From Epiperipatus broadwayi (taxonomy: Eukaryota; Animalia; Onychophora): a DNA stretch of 64,000 nucleotides. The notes under the pieces are model-generated. The model saw only the letters and a program-made list of their open reading frames with translations, made no database searches and was not told where the DNA came from. A program made the translations under genes and the position numbers. Positions 53,327 to 64,000 of the stretch are shown here, one piece after another. Numbering within the stretch: the stretch's first letter is position 1; every line of letters starts with the position of its first letter. The stretch lies in the NCBI GenBank assembly GCA_028023455.1, contig JAQFVV010000001.1:5270001-5334000 (forward strand), read 5' to 3'.

Positions 53327-54949
53327 GTAAGTATTTTTTTTTATATTACAAAATTATATCTTGAAATATAATTCTTTTTTTATTTAATTAAGAATTTATC
53401 AAATATTTTCTATTTCCATTATTATTTTATATCTTCGTTTTATTATTTTTATATACATGGTTTTTATCTGAAGTGTAAAACATGGCTGATTTGAAATTGC
53501 TTATCATATTTACATAAAAGTATGATTAATTGGGGAAGGGTATCTTATTCATATTTTTATCATTCATATTTTTTTTTGATAATAAAGTGTAAATAGAAAA
53601 AATACAATGATAATTATTATTTTTTAATAATAACATACGAAATATTAGATGGATTCAGAAATTATATATATATGCATGTATATTATATATTTGAAGGTAT
53701 ATTAGATAGCAAGAGAAAAATGTATTTTTTTTTATCTTGTGGCATACTAGAATATTTTTTGGAGTCAATTATACTATGCTCAGTTCAATTTCTTATATCA
53801 TATATATGCAACTTCATTGTCTAATTTCACTTGTTCAGGATTATACTTTCATTAATAGTACTTTAAAAATTGTAATAGATAACAATATTTTATCAAATAA
53901 CAAGCTTATGCTTATAACATTTACCCAAAAATGTGTTTTGGGATTATTTTAATAGAAGTGAAGGGATACTTTTTTTTCTAGTGCCTATTTTTTTTTATAT
54001 TTTTATATATACTTTAAATAATTGCCTGTTTTTCTTATTAATCTTTTATGATGATATTTAGGAAAACCAACATGAATATTTTGAAGGAAGCTAAATATGT
54101 AGAGTTGATGCACTTCCTAACTTCTTATCTTTTCATCTGATTTAAATTTTTGTAAAACATTAAAAAATAACTAAAAGAATAAAATATTCTGTCACAATAC
54201 CCTCAACATTGTGGACAAATATTTTTATGATTTCTCTATTCATTAAGTTTATTTTCTGCATTGATCTTACTTTGAGATGCTTAACCATATTTTTTTTAGC
54301 ACATCAATCCTGGATTTTAAATCTTGGTAAAGACGTGAGTTGTATTTGAGGTTTTCTCTAAACACTCCCATTGTATTCGGTCACTTATCAATTATAGTAT
54401 TATGAAATAATTATTATCACTTGTAACAAGACAGCTTCAGTTCAATAAATTTTTTACTATTTGAGCTACTACTTTGCAAAAGATTCCTCTGCCCATTCTT
54501 TGGAAATTGCTAGTTTTTAATGTGATTTATTTTATATTATATTATTGTGGTTTAATCGCTCAATAATAAATGGTGGAATTAATTCAAAAGTGGATATCGT
54601 ATTTTTATTATGAATTTTTGTTTTCTATTATAATGTTCTATAGTAGTTACTTGAAATATGTTTAACTCAGTTTTAGTATGGAACAACATATGAAATTATA
54701 AAAAACAATTGAGTTACACAATAAAATTAGCTAATAAGGTTCGGGGATGGGGGTGGGTCAAAATTTAATGTTAAACAGCATTAATATGTTGCATTATAGT
54801 GGATATAACTGTGATTAATTATCATCAACTTTGTCGTATAGCAACTGTTAAATATAGTTATTAGTACCAAAGAAATTAAGAAATGTAATTATAACAAATA
54901 AGGAAAAAAGTGAAAACAGAAATAATATAATATTAATATCATCTATGTT

Positions 54950-56315
54950 CTTTACTACTTCTACAGTCCTTTTTTACAACCTAATATGACAGTTTCAATT
55001 ACCCCAGCAATCTTCTATATATTTTTAAATGATTTTCAAGTCCTAATTTCAATTTACTGAAGTGTTTTTGAAAGTTAGGAATATTAACTGTTAATACTCT
55101 CTTTCTTGATAATTTTTGTCTCACATTTTGCATTTAGTATCTTACTTCCACTAATCAATGGTCACTTCTTGTATTGAATCTATTAAGAATCTTAACAATT
55201 TTGAGATGTATTTTCTGTTAGTCTAAATACAATTTATTTCTGCTGCATCTTCATTTAGATGGTTCCATGTCCATTTTAATTTAGCATTCTTTAAAAAAAA
55301 TTATAATCTTAAGTTTTTCTTTTTCTGAAAAATTCCATGATTCTATATCTTCTCTTATTTTTATCATTATAATCAAATTTACCCTCAACACTTTCATCTT
55401 TCAATTGTTACTAATGCTAGAATTAAAGTTTTCTATGACAATTTTAAAATGTATGGTCTGATCAAAAGCATTTTATACATCCATACAAAAGTCCTCCAAC
55501 TGGTTGGAACATAAACCTAAATTATCTGTATTAGATATCTTTCATTAATTTGAATAACTAATTCTATCATTCTATCTGATATATCTTCAACCTTTACAAT
55601 GTTATTCTTTCTCTTTTTATTTATAACAGATTCCATATCGTTTGCTCTTCCAATATTTATGTCATTATAGTAAACTATTTTTTCTCTTTAAATATCTCTT
55701 CATTTTTTCTTTTAATTTCACAAATTCCAATAATGTTTCATTTAATGTTAATTCTTTTTCCAATTTGTGTAATCTTTCTTTATTTGAAAGTGATGTGTAG
55801 TTATAGGTAATTGGTAATTGAATAAAAAGTCATTATTTAGTGGCATTTTGAGTTCGCAATTAGAGAATTCTTAGCACTCTCTGCTTTCAGTTTCCAGTTC
55901 TTTTTTTATTTTACAACCTTCTGAGATATAGAGCCATAATTTAGTTTATTTTGTTATAATTATCAATATCTATAAGTAAAAAAAAAGGTTATTCACACAT
56001 ACATTCATCCGGCCTTAGAGAAACTCAATTACATTTGAATTAAAAACTCAGATATCTGAAAAGAAGGACCATGATATTTCTTGATCTTAAACTGAGAAGT
56101 AAAAAGCAATAAATTCATCATGCTGGCTGATGCATGTTAGGGGTAATCGATCCATGTGTTTATGATATAAATAATCACATAGTAATAAAAATTTCAATGG
56201 CAAGAGATTATGGACTGGACTACATTGGGAGTTTTCCCTGCTTAGTTTTTAAAATCTCAAAGAGGAATCAAAGGGTCTCCTTTCAGTTAACAACAAACTC
56301 ATTTCTGCAGCCATT
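54950..56315 (-). mobile_element. Decayed RTE LINE, 5' UTR and endonuclease portion
   Basis: Colinear with 1-976 and with the reverse complement of 17670-19300. Confidence 0.8.
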
Positions 56316-57384
56316 ATTTTAATATATATATATTTATGCTTTGACCCTAAATATCTATGCATTTTTCCATTCTATGACATTTTTCTATGGGGAATTTGAA
56401 CTGTAACTCTTTTATAATTTTTTTTCATTTTGTTCTTTGTCATTTGTGTGGGGTGAGAGCAAGAGATTAAATTTCAATCACATGTTAAATGTTTGAGCCA
56501 GCATATTCTGTTTTTGAATGATACTTAACTTTGTGCATTTCAAAACTGAAAATAAAAAAGGAAAGGAAATAATTTTTTGGACTTACAAAAAAAAAAAAAA
56601 ACAACTACCAGACTAACAAAACATAAATTGTTAATCAACAGTATTTATTACCATATGTTGATTTTGGCATAACTAAGTAGATTACTAGTGATCCAAACAG
56701 CTACTCAATGAATCTTCACTATAGGTAAAAAGAATGGGGTGGTTGGGAAAGAACCAATCAAATTGAAAAAAGCAATTTCTAATGTATAATATCTAGAAAG
56801 AACAAAGATGGAAAACCGAATGTTAGTGCGAGAAGAAATAAAGAGAAGAATAAGAGTTCTTTAATTTTTTTTGTTTATGATTTTATGGGTTTGAAGTAGG
56901 TAAAGAGAGATGGTGGAATATAAAACAAACATATTTATTATTTCATTTGAGATATTGAATGTAGCATTTTTTAAATTTTTATTATCATTAGTAAAATACA
57001 AAACTAATGCTATTTTAACAATAGTAATATCTAGTGGAAGATCATTGTATGTTGAATGATCTGATGCAAATTACTTTAACATTTTTTTTTTTTTTATAAA
57101 AAAATTATACACATTTAATATTTGTGAGAGAGAAATATAAATATAATTTTTTTTAAAGTACTTTTAGATTTAAGAGATTTTGGATTTTCTAAACAATGAC
57201 TTGTTTATATGAAAATCCATATAAAATACAAAACATTTATTCAGCCGTTAATGCTTTTTTGTGTGTGTGTGTGACTGAATTTAAGGAAATTTAAGGTTTA
57301 AATTATGAAATTAATTTTCCAAAAAAAAAAAAAAATTATGCACAAAATTTTATGTATTTCTCTCTTTTTTTTTATTATAAGGAT

Positions 57385-57641
57385 TACAAAAAAAAAATCA
57401 AGTTAGATGTCACACGACCTAATTTAATAAGCTTGTATTACAAATGTTATATATCTCGCAAATAAGCTCTTAACAAGCTTTGAGTCACAAATAAGTTCTT
57501 AACAAGCTTTGCAGAATATCCCAAACCCCAGACCAGTAAGATGCGAGGATATTCAAGATGTCGGTAGCAAAAACCAGTCTGGGGTTGGGGATATTCTACA
57601 AAGCTTGTTAAAAGCTTATTTGCTAGCTCTATATATAACTT
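57385..57641 (-). mobile_element. Foldback element, family B copy 2
   Basis: Tail on the left (AAAAATCAAGTTAGATGTCACACGACC); short arms folding inside the HHR; 10-bp flanking repeat TTATA(A/G)GGAT (57375-57384, 57642-57651). Confidence 0.75.
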
Positions 57642-60457
57642 TTATAGGGATAGATAGAAAAGTGTGAAATTACGATCTTGTAAATAGGATATCATTAATT
57701 ATTGCCACACTATACAATTAAAAGAATTAATATACTTCTTACGTTTATAAAAGTCTCTTAAATAATTTCCATTTAATTAATACAATTAATTTTTTTCATT
57801 TGATAATAAATTTAAGAAGATTATAATGAAGCTAAACCTAAATAGAGATAAAAATTGCATTTTGAAAATGAAAATTTTACTTCCTATTTCATTTTGGCAA
57901 TAGATTTTTTGCATATTATAGATGAATTAATCCAAATATTTTTATGCATTATTGACATCTTTCAGTAGTTTGATGCAAAGAAATTGTAACAGAGTATTTC
58001 TTAGATTATTTTTCTAAAACAATATAAGAATTAGTGATTAAAGATTTCAGTCTGACATTTTTTATAAATTTTAAGATAAAATGCAAAGCTTGAAATAGAA
58101 AGATTTGAAAAATTGAACTTTCATGTGTACTTTTGCAATCTTTTTACAAAGGACAACATAAAACTATAAATATTTCTAAGTCAATGCAAGCACATGTGAT
58201 GTAAATAGTAATGTTACAGCTAGGATGAAAATTTGAAAGTTTCAGGAAACATTTAACAGATTAGTAAACTGCACATCAGACTGATTAAGAAAGTGAATCA
58301 TACTTCACTATATCAGATAATTTTTTTATAATAATTTAAATTACAGAACATTTAAATAAATCTTTTTCTTATGATGATGAATGAAATACATTTAAAGAAA
58401 AAGATATCACAAAATAAAAATAAAAAATCGTATACAATTTTTTCTACAAAGAATTGTTTAATGAAACATTGATTGGTACTGAATTTGAATATAGCTTGAA
58501 AAAATTTTTCCCTTGAAAAAAATATTTGAACAAATTTTCACCATGACTCCAAAGATTCAAATTTTAGTTGTTTTTTACTTCTAAAAGTTAGTCATCTAAT
58601 AAATAAGCAATGGAGTTGCTAGAAAGTGAAAATTAATGAAGGGAAAAGGAATATTATAATCATTGCATTCTAAACCAGACAAGATATGATGAATTATTGA
58701 TTGAAGAAGTTAAAAAAAAAAATTTAAGTTATACATGAAAAGGATTTTGTATCTAATAGGAAGTAAAAAGAAAACCACACAAATTTGTCTCAGAAGAGAG
58801 TGATTAAATAATCTAAAAAAAATTAATGAACTATTCAAGAGCTAAATGTTTTTTTTAAAAAAACTTGGATTTCTTTTAATTTGCTGATTTACATTCTAAG
58901 ATGTAATTTATCTAATAGTAATACAACTAATCAGAATGTCGAATGAATGATTTGTTAAGCAAAATTAAACAATTCATGCTTAATTGGCCAATCAGCTTAT
59001 ACTTTATTAAATTCCAAAATGCTATTTGGAAATTGAGCATTTTTAAAGACCTATTATTAGGAAAACACTCTATATTAATTTACAGAGATAATCTTGCAAT
59101 AATCTTCTGCACATTTTTCATGAACATCTAATTATATTAAAATACCTCAGTAAAATTACAATAAATGCAAAATTTTTATACTATATTTACTTATTTAATC
59201 TGATATAATATTGATATCTGAATAGACAATGATCCTCTATTTTAAGAGAATATTCATAAAGGCTGTTTGGGAATAGGGTAGGTGGGCATAAGTTCAGCAT
59301 CAAAAAAAAAAAAAAAAAATTACAATAAAAAAAAAGCTATATCTTGTTTTGTATGCTTCATTATTATTTTCTTGCATAAATTTATATACTTTATCAATGA
59401 ACATTTAATATTGTTATTTATAATATAGTTACATGTATCAGTTACGCATAGACATTTCTGTTTTATAGTTGTTAATTGGTGAAAAGACTTTGGATCTTCT
59501 GCATTATACATTGTCACATTTTCTTCTTGAAGATCTACTATGTGATTTATTATATATGGATTTTTTCCTTAAACTTTGCAGCAAATCTTTGTCATTGGTT
59601 TGTAGTCTGAAAGTGATCAGCTAAATTTTACTGTTGTTTCTCCAGATTTAGATTTTTAGTAGTATAGTTTGGATTTTGTTTCCTTGATCAGATGTTTCAT
59701 GGACTGTAAAATTAAAAAAAAACAACTTGATCATTTTGACAGTGGATACTTTTTATTATCACTGATAGAATTATGATAAGGATTTAAGAAAAAATTTGAT
59801 ATTTTATAGTTTATATATTTGTACAGTATTGACTTAATAAAATAAATTATTATGAGAATTGATTGAGGGGGAGGGGGTTATATATTTTTGTAATTAATTA
59901 ATCTATCCAATTTATTTTTAAAAAAGGAATAAATTGTTTTATGTTATAGATGCAAAATTTGTGTAGGTTTTATAATAATATTTGCATCTTCATTAATTTA
60001 ATATATTATGCAGAATAACTAATTTGTTATGAATTTTGAAAAGTAAAAGCAATTTATTTAATATTCAACCATAAAACAATGTTTTATTGTGAGCAATATA
60101 AATTATATTACTTATAAAGATGAAGGTTTTAATTTTTTTAATAAAGATTATGATTTTACTTAATTTTCAATGTAAGGTAATTTTTAAACTTATTTATAAT
60201 CATAAAATTGTAAATTTAAACAGATTAAAATTAAAAAATTATTTTATGATTATATATACAAACATACACACACAAATAAGTTTTCTCCCTCCCTTCAATC
60301 TATCATCCTATTTTACTTGTTTATCATGATAGTCATATTTTATTTAAATATATTGTTAAAAATTGTGAAGCTTCTTAATATTTCTTATATGGAATAATCT
60401 AGTTTCATATTTTCTATAAAATATTAATGAAATTAATATAAATAATTTATATTAATA

Positions 60458-61025
60458 GTAGGGTATATAAGCACAGACTTTCAGATGACCCATCACTCTC
60501 CACTCTATCTAATATCACTGATACACCCAAGCACATATATGCTGAAAAGATAAATAATCACCAATATACGTATTTCATGCTAAACCAGCAATCATCAGTT
60601 GGTCCAGATTATCATCTCCCACACATATATACTATAAGTGCTCGGATATATATTAAGATAGACAATCTTCATACTTTATTTCCCACACATATATACTATA
60701 AGTGCTCGGATATATATTAAGATAGACAATCTTCATACTTTAATGGACAGCTGTCCATTAAAGTATGAAGATTGTCTATCTTAATATGTATCCGAGCACT
60801 TATAGTATATATGTGTGGGAGATGATAATCTGGACCAACTGATGATTGCTGGTTTAGCATGAAATACGTATATTGGTGATTATTTATCTTTTCAGCATAT
60901 ATGTGCTTGAGTGTATCAGTGATATTAGATAGAGTGGAGAGTGATGGGTCATCTGAAAGTCTGTGCTCATATACCCTATATTACATATATAGACACAGGT
61001 ATATAATAAGCCTGTGTTTCAGTTA
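60458..61025 (+). mobile_element. Foldback hammerhead element, family A copy 4 (young, loopless palindrome)
   Basis: Palindrome centre CAG|CTG at 60750/60751; 3 mismatches over the 226-bp arm plus a 64-bp tandem duplication in the left arm; tail 60977-61025; 11-bp TSD TTATATTAATA (60447-60457, 61026-61036). Confidence 0.9.
60817..60892 (+). ncRNA. Type I hammerhead ribozyme (family A)
   Basis: GGGAGATGATAATC-TGG-ACCAA-CTGATGA-TTGCT GGTTT AGCAT-GAAA-TACGTATA-TTGGT-GATTATTTATCTTTTC: intact core, stem III palindrome ATACGTAT, AUA triplet (predicted cut after 60872), bulged stem I. A mirror copy lies on the minus strand at ~60543-60620. Confidence 0.8.
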
Positions 61026-61443
61026 TTATATTAATAATATTAGAAAGTAATCATTTGGATATGATATTTTTTAGATTAGTATTGATATGCTATAATTAAA
61101 AAAAAAAGATTGATGGCAATATTTTTTTTATAAAGCATATATTTTGCACTATATATTTCAGCAGTATTTTAAAATTTAACTTTTTTGGATATCTTTTAGA
61201 AAAGATAGCTGATTAGATATCTGCTTACCTAATTATATTATTCTTCTGAAGAGTGTTTCCTCATCTGACCACATAATTTTTAAAATTAACCATTTGAAAT
61301 TTCAAAAACTTACACAAGATAGTTTGATTTTTATTCTAAAACAAATGAATTTCATTATTGATTTTAAAATATAATTAAAAATCATTCACCAGATATCACT
61401 AATGTCTGTAAAATGAAATGCATCAGTGCTAGGGAAAAATATA

Positions 61444-63791
61444 TTAAATCTTTCATACACCTTATCACTGTTTCACATTGCTTTAATTACCACCATCATT
61501 TAAAGTTTCGATTGCCCCAGCAATCTTCTTCAGAACTATAACATAATACAAATATATATATTTATCTTATAGTCATCATTTATGTATTATCTTTTAAATA
61601 TTATTATATATTTTACCTTTTTTATGTTCTATATTTATCATTTAAAACCTCTTTTTAGCATATATATTCCATTTTTATTTTACTCTTTTAAATATTTAAC
61701 TCTAATTTAATATTTTTTATACTTTACATTATTATTATTCATTTTGTTAACAATCAATATTTATAATTTATTCATTCAATTATTTATAATTTACTTTAAT
61801 CTATAATATTATTATTTTAAACATTTTTTATCTGTTGAATTTTGAAGATATAAAAAGAAAGGTAGGTAAAAACATGTTTTAAGATAATAATATTATAGAT
61901 TAAAGTAAATTATAAATAATTGAATGAATAAATTATAAATATTGATTGTTAATAAAATGAATAATAATAGTAATTTAAAGTATAAAAAATATTAAAGTAG
62001 AGTTAAATATTTAAAAGAGTAATAAGAGTAAAATAAAAAATAAAAATAGAATATATATGCTAAAAGGAGGTTTTAAATGATAAATATAGAATGTAAAAAG
62101 AGCAAAATATATAATAATATGTAAAAGGTAATAAATAAATGATGATTATAAGAAATATATAATGTATGTAAGTTGTATACATATATTTATATATGTATGT
62201 AATTATATGTGTATGTATATGAATTATATACATAAAATGTATATAAATTATATGTTCATATATATTTATATTCATATATTTGTATTATGTTGTAGTTCAG
62301 AAGAAGATTGCTGGGGCAATCAAAACTGTGAAAGAGGGTGGTAAGGTGCATGGATCATTTAATATTATATTATGTACATTTGGTAATACGGTTGTTTTAC
62401 AATAGCGTGTTGAAACCGGAGGGCGGGCTTTGTTTGTAAACAAAGATAAATATAATGTTTACGGGGCCGTTGCCGGGTTTGTTTATTATCACATTTCAAA
62501 GTAAAGTTAATATCAAATACATTTTTTTGAATACGCAACAACAACAACAAAAAAAAATATGCAGAAATCAAAAAATTGAATTTAAAAAAGTACTTAATTT
62601 ATTTTTGTTGTTATTTTTTTCATTACTTATATTTTTTTAGGGGCCGGGAATTCTTTTTTTTTTTTTTATATGTATGTTTTTGATTTTGTTGATCACATTT
62701 AACCAAAACTACTATCTATCAGCTAACAATTTTTGGAACGAAAACAACAACAACAAAAAAAGGGTACATCGATCGAAATGAATTTTAAAAAGTAGTTCCT
62801 TTTTATTCTTCTTCTCATTACTTACATTTTTTTTATTTTTAAGGCGGCGGTTGGGTATTCTATGACAAAATCAGCTTCTTTTTTTCTTTTTTACATTTTT
62901 GTTGTTTTATAATAAATTACAAATACTAAATCGATTTCCATTTAATGGTAGCAAACATTTACAACCGAAAGGTCCAACTTTGGGAACAAGGGGGGTGGGT
63001 GGTTCCAATTGCTAAGCGAACGTAACGCTCCGACTCGAAGGTTGACCAACTTTTTACCCGTAATTACCAAAAACCACATAAATATATTTACGGCAATTCA
63101 AAGCAACTTTTAGGGCTGTTCAGGAACAGCACGCATGCAGCTTCAAAGCCCTCTTTTGTTTGATTAGCCGGTTGCAGCAGCTAGCAGTCAGAGAATCTTT
63201 GACATTCGGAGGAGCAAGTTTTCCGATTTCAGCCATTCGATGAAGCTCGCCGTTGTTCTCGCAGAAACTGGACTTAGAGCGTGATTTCATCAGAATCGCG
63301 CTTGTACTTACACTTGCCGAATTTTTTGAACAGGAAATGGGGGCTAGGGAAACAGGAGACTCTGCTGATAATTGTTAGTAGACATTCCTAAAAGATGGCA
63401 GATAGAGGGGGAGGTGGTCTTAATGAATATTAAAATAGTTTTGACACTCGGAATTCCAGACACCCTCACCCGATACTGTAGCCAAAAGTGAAATGTGATC
63501 GCACATCGAAAATGCTTAGCACAAATATGAGCTGTAAGCTTACACGATAGCTTCTTGCGGCAGATTCGATGTCATGTTTCTGTGCATTAGCGTAGAAATA
63601 GACACTTAGCAGCCACCCCGTACCCAACGGACTATTTCTAGGCTTACGCATTAGAAATAGAACGTTCGCTAGCGGTGGTAGGCCACCTAAACGGCATATT
63701 TCTGTGCGCTATCACAGAAATAACGCCCTCTGGCGGTTTCAACACGCTATCGTAAAACAACCGGTAATACAATAAGAAAGATTAATTATTA
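61444..63791 (+). mobile_element. Foldback element, family E, with an HHR core and a nested TIR element in its tail
   Basis: ~400-bp AT-rich inverted arms (61441-~61820, ~61870-62365); 17-bp TSD TGCTAGGGAAAAA(T/C)ATA (61427-61443, 63792-63808); minus strand at 61505-61533 reads CTGAAGAA-GATTGC TGGG GCAATC-GAAAC. Confidence 0.75.
62389..63763. mobile_element. Non-autonomous TIR DNA element, superfamily unresolved
   Basis: 30-bp TIR CGGTTGTTTTAC(A/G)ATAGCGTGTTGAAACCG with 1 mismatch; flanked by GTAATA on both sides (62383-62388, 63764-63769); CpG-rich; no transposase ORF. Confidence 0.8.
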
Positions 63792-64000
63792 TGCTAGGGA
63801 AAAACATAGTAGAGGAAAGAAAAGAGCTTTTTTTTCTTGATATATAATGGTAGTGGGTAGGAACAAATTCTCTGAGCTTTTGGCCTATGTACAGTTATTT
63901 TATATAATAACTCAAGCAAATGATTTATTAATATTGAAGACTCATTGTTGCATCATTTGCAGTAGAAGTAAATGAAGTCAAATAAGGTTTATATTACAGC

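Noticed and set aside
57900-59100. Decayed hAT transposase
   Set aside because: Only one weak motif (HCIL) and no consistent motif order or TIRs.
53327-64000. PPID exon 3 (expected IIKxFMxQGGDF)
   Set aside because: No such motif found by eye; it probably lies beyond the window.

Overview
AT-rich eukaryotic DNA, probably arthropod (inferred from composition and TE content). One host gene is clear: a cyclophilin-40/PPID-like gene on the + strand, with exon 1 at 27935-27998, exon 2 at 53186-53326, a 25.2-kb intron 1, and exon 3 not found in the window. The rest is mostly TE debris: two decayed Mag-like Ty3/Gypsy LTR elements, several RTE LINE fragments, a hAT MITE, a piggyBac transposase fragment, a TIR element and Penelope-like (GIY-YIG) retroelement pieces. 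The main observation is a set of about 13 short insertions from six apparently unrelated sequence families (called A, B, C, D, E, P here). Most share one architecture: an inverted (foldback) copy of the 3' end, then a sense 3' end with a unique ~35-60 nt tail, flanked by a 9-17 bp target-site duplication (TSD). Five of the six families carry a hammerhead-ribozyme (HHR) core. In families A and B it folds by eye into a complete type I hammerhead with a palindromic stem III. Family P is a Penelope-like element with the same architecture, plus tRNA-type A/B boxes just upstream of its HHR core. I infer a Penelope-mobilised, retrozyme-like system of non-coding elements. All alignments and folds were done by eye and need computational confirmation.
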